Positions 10,124 to 19,695 of a stretch of DNA of 64,000 nt are shown piece after piece. The stretch comes from a virus (lineage: Duplodnaviria; Caudoviricetes). Positions within the stretch are counted from its first letter, which is position 1. The number at the start of each line of letters is the position of its first letter. The notes beneath the pieces are model-generated. The model did no database searches and was not told the DNA's origin. It was given only the letters and a program-made list of their open reading frames with translations. The translations under genes were made by a program, and so were the position numbers. The stretch lies in the IMG/VR virus record IMGVR_UViG_3300021979_000004, positions 96,001-160,000 of that record; one strand, given 5' to 3'.

Positions 10124-10478
10124 TACAAAAAACCTTTTGATTGTATTGACCCGAAACTGTATCTAGATATTGTTCCATGCTTTTTAGTTTCCAAAAATTT
10201 GCTTCACGGCTTGATATGGATAAACTGACTCTTACTAACGTATGATTATCATCAACAATACCATCACCGTAAAACAGGTTATTTGAGGCATACTTCGCGA
10301 ATGATGAGAGATTTCTAACATCACGCTTGTAAATCCTAGACATTGATCTTTGCGCACGTACCTTTACACCATAAAACTTTAAAAATGATTTTTCAACACC
10401 ATCACAGGCTTTATTGATGATCATGTTACCATCTTTAGAAACAAGGTCTACGCGTACAATTACCTTAAACTCTTTCAT
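10110..10478 (-). CDS. hypothetical protein
   Basis: 122-aa ORF. Confidence 0.65.
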   Translation of the reverse strand: MKEFKVIVRVDLVSKDGNMIINKACDGVEKSFLKFYGVKVRAQRSMSRIYKRDVRNLSSFAKYASNNLFYGDGIVDDNHTLVRVSLSISSREANFWKLKSMEQYLDTVSGQYNQKVFCNVGE

Positions 10479-10762
10479 ACGTTAACTACAGTAAACACGT
10501 CAGGGTCTAAAAAATAGTTAAGAGGTTTTCCAGTATGGTAGTCAACACAAACGGTATCATAAAAATCGGCACTTGTTGAGTGTTTTGTGTGCGCAGCATA
10601 GCATATGTTTACTGAAACAAATCCATCTTCTTCTGATAGCTCGTCTACTTCAAACAACACAGCATCACCCGAAATACCAAGCATTTCAATATCTTTAGTC
10701 CAATCAATACTCATGTGTCCCTCAATCTTGCCCCAAGGCTTCACTTGATAATGGATGAACAT
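10475..10762 (-). CDS. hypothetical protein
   Basis: 95-aa ORF. Confidence 0.65.
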   Translation of the reverse strand: MFIHYQVKPWGKIEGHMSIDWTKDIEMLGISGDAVLFEVDELSEEDGFVSVNICYAAHTKHSTSADFYDTVCVDYHTGKPLNYFLDPDVFTVVNV

Positions 10763-11057
10763 CTAACGTATTATACGCTTCTAGTTCATCCTCAATAGTC
10801 ATAAATTCTGGATACTCATTTCGCATAGTATCGTAGAAGTACTCTTCGGAGATAGTACCATCATTAAATGCATCACACAAGTGCTGAAAACGACGTTCCT
10901 TGGAAAGTTTCGGTCGGCCACCGCACTTCTTAGCTTGTGCTTTCGCTTTACACGATTTACTGTAATACTTCCCCCAACCACGCTTTAGGTCTGCGGTGCG
11001 AACACTTTTTTGTCGTCCGCATCCACACGCACATGTTACCATTTGAGTTGATGCCAT
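10722..11057 (-). CDS. small Cys-rich (Zn-finger-like) protein
   Basis: Start MASTQ at 11057 (RBS GAGG); CACGCG...RGWGKYYSKSCKA motif. Confidence 0.65.
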   Translation of the reverse strand: MASTQMVTCACGCGRQKSVRTADLKRGWGKYYSKSCKAKAQAKKCGGRPKLSKERRFQHLCDAFNDGTISEEYFYDTMRNEYPEFMTIEDELEAYNTLDVHPLSSEALGQD

Positions 11058-11058
11058 T

Positions 11059-11481
11059 TTACACCTCTTTCTTTTTGAATTTTGCGATAAAAGTGAATAA
11101 CGAAATTGTAGTGAGTACGGTCCATGCAACAATAACCGTAGTGATCCACCATCCACTATAAATTGCAATACCAAGGATAGCCAGATTAATAGACACAATA
11201 GTAGTCAGTACTTTAAATGCTTGGGGGTCCATTGGATTTTTAGGATCGTAAACAATCTTATCATTATGTTGATCAAGGTACGATTTCGTAAAACGGTCTT
11301 TATTAATAACTACACTTGTTAGCCCAATAGCAAGAAAAGCATAAAGACACAGCGTAATGAAATGTACCGATTCTACTATAAACGTACCAACAGTCCCAAT
11401 AGCAACAGGGTTGACAAAAAGAAACAAGCTGGTAATCAAAGTGATGGTAGAAACATAACTAAGGTTAAAATTTAATTTCAT
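11059..11481 (-). CDS. membrane protein
   Basis: 140 aa with four hydrophobic segments; RBS GGAG. Confidence 0.75.
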   Translation of the reverse strand: MKLNFNLSYVSTITLITSLFLFVNPVAIGTVGTFIVESVHFITLCLYAFLAIGLTSVVINKDRFTKSYLDQHNDKIVYDPKNPMDPQAFKVLTTIVSINLAILGIAIYSGWWITTVIVAWTVLTTISLFTFIAKFKKKEV

Positions 11482-11507
11482 AGTCTATCTCCTAATTAAC
11501 TATACAT

Positions 11508-11537
11508 ATTATAATTGATATTGATATGCACAGTCAA
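11508..11537 (-). promoter_or_regulatory. sigma70-like early promoter
   Basis: TTGACT-18nt-TATAAT. Confidence 0.6.
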
Positions 11538-11542
11538 GGACT

Positions 11543-11962
11543 TTAAGTCAAAAATCTTGTATGTTTTAACTTAAAATGATTTTTCGTGTTATTGTTAGTG
11601 AATTCCAAATTTATCATAAAGTAAATATTTTTCACATTCATAGATGATCTTAACTGTTCAAGCAAATCATCAAAGTCTTCTTCAAAGTTATAAATTTTCT
11701 CAACCCAAGCATTATTTGATGTCATACTATCCGCAAGGGTTTCTACTAGAAAGCCACTATAGATATCCTCACGCTTAAACAACTCCATTGGTAGAAATTG
11801 AGTCATTGCAAACGTTGGCTCAACTGAAAGGTTTAGATTATTATCTTTAATAATTTGTTCCAACTCATAGGCATCAAAAAACAACATCAAGAAGTTTTTA
11901 TCTTCTTTCTCCCAGAGTTTAGTATACATAATACTATTTGTTATCTCATGATTATAAAGCAT
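11543..11962 (-). CDS. hypothetical protein
   Basis: 139-aa ORF with RBS GAGG. Confidence 0.7.
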   Translation of the reverse strand: MLYNHEITNSIMYTKLWEKEDKNFLMLFFDAYELEQIIKDNNLNLSVEPTFAMTQFLPMELFKREDIYSGFLVETLADSMTSNNAWVEKIYNFEEDFDDLLEQLRSSMNVKNIYFMINLEFTNNNTKNHFKLKHTRFLT

Positions 11963-11977
11963 AATGAGTCCTCACCG

Positions 11978-12145
11978 TCACACTAATCTAGCACGTGCCA
12001 ACCACGTTGTCCAATGCCCATTTACCCGAACATCGGCATACTGACCATCTGGCTTCTTATGGAGCCTAGCACCATACTTTGTGCATAGCTTTCTGGTTGA
12101 AATCCACTGCTCAAACAGTTTATGTTCTTTATCATAGTCGATCAT
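11978..12145 (-). CDS. small hypothetical protein (55 aa, not in the ORF track)
   Basis: MIDYDKEHKLFEQWISTRKLCTKYGARLHKKPDGQYADVRVNGHWTTWLARARLV; fills the gap, ATGA overlap. Confidence 0.6.
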   Translation of the reverse strand: MIDYDKEHKLFEQWISTRKLCTKYGARLHKKPDGQYADVRVNGHWTTWLARARLV

Positions 12146-12681
12146 ATATTTCCTAACGTTCCATCTGTAACAAATTCAGTAGTTTCTCTAAAATAATACG
12201 ATACCTTATCTGGCCCTAAATATACAACTCCATTAGCATATGAAAATCCATCTTCTTCCTCAACCATTTCATTTTCAATATACTTGGAATAAATTTCGTC
12301 AAATAGCTCAACAAAAGGATTGAGATTAATCATCAAATTGTTCTGATGTACATACTGTGCGTGTCTAAGAAAATTAATATTTCTATACCACGCTTTGTTA
12401 TAAGAATCTAAGGTTGCAAAGTTAAACCCACCATCTGAGCTTTCTACACATCGGAGATACGGCATAAAAACATTCTCTTCAGGAAGGTATACAATTTCAA
12501 TCCTTTTCTTAATTCCTTTTTCTGATTGATATTCCCAATACTCAAGGCGATGATCAACATGTTCGTATCCAAGGCACTTAGCATCTTTGTCAACTTCTAA
12601 GAACCTGATAACGGCACCTGATTGATTATAATAAATATGTTTTTCTTCCCAAGAATAGTAGGACCAACCTCGCTGTTCCAT
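12142..12681 (-). CDS. hypothetical protein
   Basis: 179-aa ORF. Confidence 0.7.
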   Translation of the reverse strand: MEQRGWSYYSWEEKHIYYNQSGAVIRFLEVDKDAKCLGYEHVDHRLEYWEYQSEKGIKKRIEIVYLPEENVFMPYLRCVESSDGGFNFATLDSYNKAWYRNINFLRHAQYVHQNNLMINLNPFVELFDEIYSKYIENEMVEEEDGFSYANGVVYLGPDKVSYYFRETTEFVTDGTLGNI

Positions 12682-12684
12682 GTA

Positions 12685-13035
12685 TCACCAACCCTTTACT
12701 TTATATTCTTTAAGCAATTTATTTTTATCTTCTAGTGCTTCAACTGATGGATCATCACTGAGAAATATCTTTTCGATGTGGACAAAGTTACAAAAGTCAG
12801 GTTCCTTCAAGTTAAAGTAATTAAGTATCTTGCTAACATTTTTCTGTAATTCATTTTGAGGAACACGTATACCTATAACCGACGTAAGAATTTTTTTCTT
12901 ATCAACAAAAGGGTAAAATTCTAGGATAGAAAATTCGTTATAAATCATACCATTATTTTTCACATACTTACGTAGACAGTGCTTTGCATCGTTTACTAAG
13001 CGTATCAGAATAAGGGTGCTTTTATCATCAGACAT
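12685..13035 (-). CDS. hypothetical protein
   Basis: Likely start MSDDK at 13035 (RBS GAGG). Confidence 0.65.
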   Translation of the reverse strand: MSDDKSTLILIRLVNDAKHCLRKYVKNNGMIYNEFSILEFYPFVDKKKILTSVIGIRVPQNELQKNVSKILNYFNLKEPDFCNFVHIEKIFLSDDPSVEALEDKNKLLKEYKVKGW

Positions 13036-13086
13036 TAGAATACCTCTAAAAATTACCATAGCTTAACATAATTTTTCTGATGTATC

Positions 13087-13115
13087 AAAAAAAGAGAGGC
13101 TAAGCCTCTCTTTTT
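13087..13115. terminator. bidirectional-type intrinsic terminator
   Basis: A7-GAGAGGC-TAA-GCCTCTC-T5. Confidence 0.75.
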
Positions 13116-13507
13116 CATTCCTGAATCCAATAATCGTATACCATCTTATTCGAACTGTCCCACACATCACACAAGTTGCCATCAACCACTGCCGCGAAGT
13201 GCTTTGCCATGTGAGCTACGATTCGACCTTTAGGAAGATCGTAGTAACGTGCTTTACGTCCTTCGATCTTAGGTGCTGATCTACGCACAAATCCATACTT
13301 CTTCAAAGCTGCTTCCATATCTTCTTTATAGATACCACGCGCAATTGCTGCACTGCCCATCTTGCCGTTCTTTGAAGCTTCTTTCAGAGCCTTACGTGCT
13401 TCAGTGTAAGGAATGTTACAGGCAATTGCCATAGCACGAATACCACAATCAGTTTTCGTCTTCATGCCTGCTTCTGCACGTCCACCATCAGTATAGATAT
13501 AAGTCAT
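13115..13507 (-). CDS. conserved phage hypothetical protein
   Basis: 130 aa; DCGIRAMAIA and HMAKHFAAVVDG motifs. Confidence 0.7.
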   Translation of the reverse strand: MTYIYTDGGRAEAGMKTKTDCGIRAMAIACNIPYTEARKALKEASKNGKMGSAAIARGIYKEDMEAALKKYGFVRRSAPKIEGRKARYYDLPKGRIVAHMAKHFAAVVDGNLCDVWDSSNKMVYDYWIQE

Positions 13508-13517
13508 GATAAGTTCC

Positions 13518-13895
13518 TTATGCGTTAGTCATTGAGTCTTCGCGTGTTACGAAGGATTCTTTTTTGCTTGCCAGTTCAGCCAGTGCATCAGGATCAAGAT
13601 GTGGGTTATAAATGCTACGACCTTTGTAGCGAAACCATTCATGAATCTCATGAAGTTCGGCATCTTTAATCAGTGCAAATACAACACCTACGATTTCCTG
13701 TTTACACATAAACTCACTCAAGTAGCGTTTACCACTGACCCAAGGTTGAGGCTTACCCGTTACAGAGCAAATGCCATTTGCATTGTATAGCTGAATGTAG
13801 ACACCTCGTTCATCATTATGCTTAACACGAATTTCCCATCCCGGCTTATAAGAGCAGAGTTGAGTAAGTTCTTTAACAGTGTCGATAAATGCCAT
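13518..13895 (-). CDS. hypothetical protein
   Basis: Likely start MAFIDT at 13895 (RBS GGAG). Confidence 0.7.
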   Translation of the reverse strand: MAFIDTVKELTQLCSYKPGWEIRVKHNDERGVYIQLYNANGICSVTGKPQPWVSGKRYLSEFMCKQEIVGVVFALIKDAELHEIHEWFRYKGRSIYNPHLDPDALAELASKKESFVTREDSMTNA

Positions 13896-13946
13896 AATGA
13901 TATCTCCATTTGATAATATCATTATAGCATACCTTTAAATTAAAAA

Positions 13947-14342
13947 TCAACTATGTCGCGGATATTTTTCATCAACCATTCCCAAAAACTGGTTCCGAAA
14001 GGTTCTTTTATAGCGTACATAAACTAAACGGTCCTTGCCATAGGTACACGTGCGCGAATATTCTTTAGATTTAGTTGTATTCACAAAACCTTTATCATTC
14101 TTCTTAATAATCCCATTTGATATTAAAATAGAATTAACATCACGTGGAGCCAACTCTAAACCACGCGACACATAAACAAACTCTGCTAATACTTTTGCAG
14201 TATCAGGGAATGAAGTGAATACATTATTTTTTGGTACATTATATTTCTTCAGCTTTTTATTTCTACGTTTCTTATGGGCATTACCCGACAAATGGTATTT
14301 CCATGTATCGGGCATCATCTTACTAGACATTAATCTTCCCAC
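13947..14342 (-). CDS. basic hypothetical protein
   Basis: 131-aa Lys/Arg-rich ORF. Confidence 0.6.
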   Translation of the reverse strand: MGRLMSSKMMPDTWKYHLSGNAHKKRRNKKLKKYNVPKNNVFTSFPDTAKVLAEFVYVSRGLELAPRDVNSILISNGIIKKNDKGFVNTTKSKEYSRTCTYGKDRLVYVRYKRTFRNQFLGMVDEKYPRHS

Positions 14343-14920
14343 TCTATTGAATTGTCAATTGTTTTTCTATCACAGTCGGTATATATCTCACCGTTAATCT
14401 CAATTAAAAAATATACATTTCCTGAAGCCATCGATGTATGACGGAATTGTTTAAATACACGGTCGTAATCTCTATATTCAACGCGTTCTACTAGATTACC
14501 ATTCATTGCTTGTTTCTTATTAATAGAATCGATAATAAGATATGTTAGCATTTTAGCTAACAGTAAATCATCAATTTCATAATAAAGATCAAATTTCACA
14601 TCTACTGGACCATAGTCTTGCTGTATAACAAGAATATCATTACGCGGTTCTTTTGTTGTGACAGGCAATACGCTATATCCATTGTTTTCATAGACAACTA
14701 CTTTTCTTTCACAAAATACATAACCACTGTGTAAGAAGTTAACCATGATAGTACGATAGCCTTCTTTATGTTGTGAGTATTCACCAACCGTACTATGACA
14801 TACTTTGTTAATGTCAACTTCCAACGTTATTCGGGGATCGTCAGTTAGGTAGAAATGATGCTTGAACTTATCATCAGGTATTCGGCCTACTTCCCAATCG
14901 TTTTCATCGAGACTTAGCAT
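14330..14920 (-). CDS. hypothetical protein
   Basis: 196-aa ORF. Confidence 0.7.
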   Translation of the reverse strand: MLSLDENDWEVGRIPDDKFKHHFYLTDDPRITLEVDINKVCHSTVGEYSQHKEGYRTIMVNFLHSGYVFCERKVVVYENNGYSVLPVTTKEPRNDILVIQQDYGPVDVKFDLYYEIDDLLLAKMLTYLIIDSINKKQAMNGNLVERVEYRDYDRVFKQFRHTSMASGNVYFLIEINGEIYTDCDRKTIDNSIEWED

Positions 14921-15242
14921 TGTTCAATTCCTCTTCCAACTGTTTTGCCTGCCTACGTAAAGACTCGGCTCTTTCTTTTATCTCTATCATATTGGTATGA
15001 ATCTGTCTGGTGTTCTGATGTATTTCATTCAAATCTTTGCTTATATTGTCCAACTCTTTCAAGTTATTTTCAAAGACTTCAAACTGTTGCTCATAGTGAG
15101 CATCCATTCGTTGAATACCATAATTAACCGATAAGGCTACGCCAGCAAGAAACAATAGAAAAATAACCATATAAACGTAAGGCAGATTATGTTCACCTAC
15201 CTTCTTAACAAACTTATCTATGGCACGTGTATAAAAGTTCAT
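14904..15242 (-). CDS. single-pass membrane protein with coiled coil
   Basis: One TM helix followed by a heptad-rich segment; RBS GAGG. Confidence 0.7.
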   Translation of the reverse strand: MNFYTRAIDKFVKKVGEHNLPYVYMVIFLLFLAGVALSVNYGIQRMDAHYEQQFEVFENNLKELDNISKDLNEIHQNTRQIHTNMIEIKERAESLRRQAKQLEEELNNAKSR

Positions 15243-15310
15243 AATTCCTCACATTGATTAACATTTTAAGATAGTGTATCATAGATCATAATTTAGACAA
15301 GGGTTAAAGA

Positions 15311-15571
15311 ATGAGTATTGAAAATATTTTGATTATGCTTGGCTATTCGCTAGGGAAGTGCTTTAAGGTATCGAGTCCTATCCTTGGACTACTAGTGTTT
15401 TGTTCCATGGTTGATCCGACACTGAGTGTTCAAACTGCCCTCAGTATCTATTCCTTGGTGTATGTTGTTATTCTATCAGGAGACGTGTTTGGGTATGCTT
15501 ACTCAGCAGCTATGTACTGGAAGTTTCATGGTAAGAATCTTCGTAAACTAATACTGGATGAAGACTGTTAA
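15311..15571 (+). CDS. small membrane protein
   Basis: 86-aa hydrophobic ORF. Confidence 0.55.
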   Translation: MSIENILIMLGYSLGKCFKVSSPILGLLVFCSMVDPTLSVQTALSIYSLVYVVILSGDVFGYAYSAAMYWKFHGKNLRKLILDEDC

Positions 15572-15960
15572 TCTTCATCCTCTTCTTCGCCCCAATAAGG
15601 GTTAATGTCTTTTCCAACGTAGGCTTTGATCTTAGTTTTGCCGATAAGGTTTAGTGCATTTGCTCTATGAGTACCATCAATTATAGAGCCATCATCTGGA
15701 TCGTATACAATAGGATGATAGCCTTCTTTTTCAATACGCTTGGAAAGTTCTTCAACAAAGTCTTCGTCTACTTCCCATTCGTCTAGATTAAGGTCATCGA
15801 TATCCATTACTGTTTTTTCGTAGGTATCAAACTTGTTTATGCGATGTACAAGATCACCTTCGTCAAAATCTTCAGGGCGTCCATGAATATCTTGGACCAT
15901 ATCTAGCACTGTTCGAGAATCTACTACCGTATTCTCGTTGAGGATGTGTTCGATTAACAT
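15568..15960 (-). CDS. ParB/Sulfiredoxin-fold protein, late
   Basis: PIVYDPDDGSIIDGTHRANAL (DGxHR) motif; TATAAATA upstream; MLIEHILNE leader. Confidence 0.75.
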   Translation of the reverse strand: MLIEHILNENTVVDSRTVLDMVQDIHGRPEDFDEGDLVHRINKFDTYEKTVMDIDDLNLDEWEVDEDFVEELSKRIEKEGYHPIVYDPDDGSIIDGTHRANALNLIGKTKIKAYVGKDINPYWGEEEDED

Positions 15961-15980
15961 AATATACTCCTATTTTAGTA

Positions 15981-15988
15981 TATTTATA
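15981..15988 (-). promoter_or_regulatory. T4-type late promoter
   Basis: Exact TATAAATA about 20 nt upstream of the ATG at 15960. Confidence 0.7.
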
Positions 15989-16240
15989 TCAATCCCATTC
16001 TGTCCAATCTTCTAAGTCTTCAGGAGTTGCGTTCGCTAATAGTTCACTACCCTTTTTAGCTATCTCTGCCAGCCTTTCCTTAGACGGTCTGAAGCTTCCT
16101 TTAAAGGTGACAACGCCAGACACCTTACGATAGACTCTCAGGTATTCTTCTCTCGTGCAGTTATCCAGACAATGAGAACGTACATGTTCCCTTGTTTTAG
16201 ATAATGGTATTCGTTGATAACAAATATGACAGAAAATCAT
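15989..16240 (-). CDS. small Cys/His (Zn-finger-like) protein
   Basis: CHIC..H...H motif. Confidence 0.6.
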   Translation of the reverse strand: MIFCHICYQRIPLSKTREHVRSHCLDNCTREEYLRVYRKVSGVVTFKGSFRPSKERLAEIAKKGSELLANATPEDLEDWTEWD

Positions 16241-16248
16241 AATAAAGA

Positions 16249-16602
16249 TTAATCCATTTCTAAAACAGTTACTGATGGTGTTTGTGGCAGGGGAGTAAAA
16301 TGTATTCCCTTTTCTTTAACGTAGGTTTGAAAACTATTAATATAATTTCCTTTTAAATCAAATGTTTGTACTTTGACTAGATAAACATCATCTTGTATAG
16401 CTTCGATTACTATATCTGACTCTATATTTACATCATCAAACATGTAAAGGTGATTACGGTTTACGGTTAATATAATGTAGTGAACTGGGTCTTGTCCTCG
16501 TAACCATACGTCATTTATTACTGATGGACTTCGTTCCTGAATGTATTTTCCATTTGGGTCTTTTTCAATTTTCCACGACAGAGTTCGTATATTCATTTTC
16601 AT
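16249..16602 (-). CDS. hypothetical protein
   Basis: 117-aa ORF with RBS AAGGA. Confidence 0.65.
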   Translation of the reverse strand: MKMNIRTLSWKIEKDPNGKYIQERSPSVINDVWLRGQDPVHYIILTVNRNHLYMFDDVNIESDIVIEAIQDDVYLVKVQTFDLKGNYINSFQTYVKEKGIHFTPLPQTPSVTVLEMD

Positions 16603-16685
16603 ATCCTTTCTATTTGCAATCGTGAAACATTATTGTATCATACCGTTGAATAATGTAAATGATAAATTGATTTTTCTAAGTCAAT

Positions 16686-16709
16686 AAAAAAGGGAGCCAA
16701 TTGGCTCCC
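16686..16709 (-). terminator. intrinsic terminator after the tail sheath gene
   Basis: GGGAGCCAATTGGCTCCC followed by T5 on the minus strand. Confidence 0.7.
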
Positions 16710-16734
16710 TAGTCTTTTCTTTATCTTCCAGCTA

Positions 16735-19608
16735 TTATAGTTCGCCAGTGTTAAGCAAACGTACTGGAATAAAGATGAATTCCACACTCTTAGTAGGAAT
16801 GATTGCTACGTCACACCATAGTTCGTTACGGTCGATACGTGCAGGGGTGTTGTTGCTCTCATCACAACGTACCACGAAATCTGTGATACCACGCTTCTGT
16901 ACGATATCCGCTAGGAACTTCTCAACAACGTTTACAACCGCTTGACGTGTCTGTGCATCGTTCTGTTCGAATAGGAACGGACGTGTGATGCGATCTAGCA
17001 TGTAGCGTAGATATGCAGTCAAACGAGATACGTTGATGCGATCCATTGAAGAGCTAACAGATGTTAGTGTCTTCTGACCCCAAACTTTAATACCTTCGTT
17101 AGGGAAGTTAATGATTGGGTTGATGTTGTTGATGTATAGAGTATCAACTAGTCCATCGTCAATTTGTGCAACACGGAACTCACCGTCTTCTACATAACCA
17201 ATCGCAGAGGTTGCAGGAACCAGACCACGAGTATCACCAGCAGGCGCATACCATGGATATGCAATACGGTCATTCTGAATTAGAACATCTAGAGCCATTA
17301 CGTCAGATGGTACAGAAACTAGGTTTCCATCAGCATCAGACTGTAGACCAGCGAATGCCCAAGTAGCAGACATGTTGTTGAAGGTCACTAGACCATCTTC
17401 ACCGTCTTGGAATGCACCAGCTTGGTTAGTAGCCCAATTCTGAACTGCGTTACCGTTAGCCTGTAGGCGCATTGGAGAAGAACCAACTACGAAAGCGGTT
17501 TGCTTCTTAGCTACGTTTAGGCTGTTTAGTTCAGGTAGTAGCTCAATGTAACCGGGAGCCGCGATTAGGTTAAAGTACTTGTCACGTGCACGAATCTCAG
17601 AAGAGTTAAGTACAGCACGTTTCATAGCACGTACAACCATTTGACGCTGTGCTTTACGGCCCATATATGGAGAACCATCTGGACGGTTGCCGGATACTGC
17701 TACCCATTCGCCATTGCCTTGATATTCTTTAACGTTATTAGTAGAATAGTCCATGTTGAAGAAAAGGATTCCTTCGGGATATTCTTGAGCATTAGGAACA
17801 ACGTTTTCTACAGTAGCGCTTGGACCTTCAGGACGTGCATTACCTTCGTCGTCATATGGTGCATCGTAATGATAGTTACCGAATACAACACCCATGTTTG
17901 TAACCTGATCAGTGTTATCTAGTAGAACCCACTGGTTGTTTACATACTTGTAAAGTGTTGGGTAATTTTCTTGGTCGTCGCTATCTAGCCAGATGTCACC
18001 AGCGCTTGGAGATTCAGGAGCAGATGAACGAATAGATAGCTTAGCGGTAAGCATTTCGTTAACATCTTCTGACCATGCGTAAGAGCGCCACTTCATTTCA
18101 TTATCTTGTGTGTCGAAGTAAGCTTCTAGAAGTTCAGCACGTAGATCAGTGTTGTACCATAGGGTATTAATTTCTGCTTCAGCAGTTGGTTCAGTAGTAG
18201 AAGCAACATACTCTAGAACTTCCCAATTGGAAGTACGGTGATAAGCAGACTGACCAGCACCAGCGTTTTTAGCAAAACCTAGTTGTGGTAGAACGTTGTT
18301 AGGATCGGAAGCAGGATAGTCGCCACCATTCTTAACAACAATGTCTAGACCCTGAGTATTGATGAAACGAATCTTCTTGCCAGCTAGTTCAGTACGGATG
18401 TTTGCCGCCTGTAGGTCTGGGTTACCCTGTAGGGCAATTACTATTTCTTCAACAGTTACTTTGTTAGGATCGGTAGACGCTGCATTTTGCATAGAAGCAT
18501 CAATAGTAATAACCACATCGTTTACGATGAAGTTGTAAGCAGCTTGGACGGATAGATCGAAGTCAACCACATCTTTATTACTTAGAGAAACAGTAGTAGA
18601 CTGACCGTTGAAACGCTTAAGGGTAAACGCAGCAACACCATCAGAAGCTTTTGGAGTACCAGCATTATAGTTATAATCTGGGTTTAGAGTACTGTCATTG
18701 TCGATCTGTGCATAAACCTGACCTTCGTCTAGTTCACCGATACCGTCAAAGTAGCGGGTAGCGTCATCGTTAGCCATGTAGAAAGGAACTTCTTTAGTTA
18801 CGAATTGACCAGAATCAGCGTTGTAAGAGCTAACGTCAAAGAATGCACCGTTACGTGGAACAGTAGTCTTAATGTATAGGTCGCCTTCTTCTAGGGCACT
18901 AGTACCATCGGCACGACGTGCAGGAACGCGGGTATGTGGAGCGAACTGGAAGTCACGGCTGGAACCGGTTTCAGCACCTAGCATGATCCAAGTACCACCA
19001 ACTTTCTCGTAAACAACGATTGGAGTCTGTACAGTAACAGCAGCGAAATCACCATTAACACCGATAGTGTCTTTAGGCTGTGCAACACCGTTTACTTGCT
19101 GTACGCTTTCCATGGAATTGATGATATCAACTTCAGCTTCTTCCCATGCAGAAGTAGTGCTGTTCCACATAAACAGACCAAAGTTAGAGCGAGAGATATC
19201 AAACCAATGAGTACCGGAATCAACAGCTTGTGTTGGTTCGTTGATCATAGGCTCTAGTTGCTCTAGGTCGATGTTTGCGTTTAGAATGTAAGCTTGGTTG
19301 GTTTGATTTAGTACGCGCCATGCAGCGTGTAGACCATATTCGTTGGTTTCGTCACCGTGGATTACAGTGCCATTGTTAACCTTGAACTGTGGCTTACCAA
19401 AACGAGATACCAGATCATTACGACTAGTAACTAGAGTTAGTGAATCGCCCATTTCTGGTAGAGTACCAGATGCAAGCTCACCTTGCTCGTTTAGTTTATT
19501 TTGTCGGGTTGCAGTTACAATTAGAGGAACCGTACCGCTTCCTGAAGGAGCGTAGATAGATTCATCTATTACTGTTACGCTAACACCCGGAGATTGTAAA
19601 GTAGCCAT
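16735..19608 (-). CDS. contractile tail sheath protein (T4 gp18-like)
   Basis: N-terminal MATLQSPGVSVTVIDES; C-terminal WGQKTL..DRINVSRL..FEQND..CDESNNTPARIDRNEL..PTKSVEFIFIP. Confidence 0.95.
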   Translation of the reverse strand: MATLQSPGVSVTVIDESIYAPSGSGTVPLIVTATRQNKLNEQGELASGTLPEMGDSLTLVTSRNDLVSRFGKPQFKVNNGTVIHGDETNEYGLHAAWRVLNQTNQAYILNANIDLEQLEPMINEPTQAVDSGTHWFDISRSNFGLFMWNSTTSAWEEAEVDIINSMESVQQVNGVAQPKDTIGVNGDFAAVTVQTPIVVYEKVGGTWIMLGAETGSSRDFQFAPHTRVPARRADGTSALEEGDLYIKTTVPRNGAFFDVSSYNADSGQFVTKEVPFYMANDDATRYFDGIGELDEGQVYAQIDNDSTLNPDYNYNAGTPKASDGVAAFTLKRFNGQSTTVSLSNKDVVDFDLSVQAAYNFIVNDVVITIDASMQNAASTDPNKVTVEEIVIALQGNPDLQAANIRTELAGKKIRFINTQGLDIVVKNGGDYPASDPNNVLPQLGFAKNAGAGQSAYHRTSNWEVLEYVASTTEPTAEAEINTLWYNTDLRAELLEAYFDTQDNEMKWRSYAWSEDVNEMLTAKLSIRSSAPESPSAGDIWLDSDDQENYPTLYKYVNNQWVLLDNTDQVTNMGVVFGNYHYDAPYDDEGNARPEGPSATVENVVPNAQEYPEGILFFNMDYSTNNVKEYQGNGEWVAVSGNRPDGSPYMGRKAQRQMVVRAMKRAVLNSSEIRARDKYFNLIAAPGYIELLPELNSLNVAKKQTAFVVGSSPMRLQANGNAVQNWATNQAGAFQDGEDGLVTFNNMSATWAFAGLQSDADGNLVSVPSDVMALDVLIQNDRIAYPWYAPAGDTRGLVPATSAIGYVEDGEFRVAQIDDGLVDTLYINNINPIINFPNEGIKVWGQKTLTSVSSSMDRINVSRLTAYLRYMLDRITRPFLFEQNDAQTRQAVVNVVEKFLADIVQKRGITDFVVRCDESNNTPARIDRNELWCDVAIIPTKSVEFIFIPVRLLNTGEL

Positions 19609-19662
19609 TGAAATAATTCTCCTTGTTTTTTGAATATTTTCAGTTAAAATTCTTTATATAGT

Positions 19663-19670
19663 TATTTATA
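19663..19670 (-). promoter_or_regulatory. T4-type late promoter
   Basis: TATAAATA upstream of the tail sheath gene. Confidence 0.8.
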
Positions 19671-19695
19671 GGTAATCATATTATGCATTTATTCT

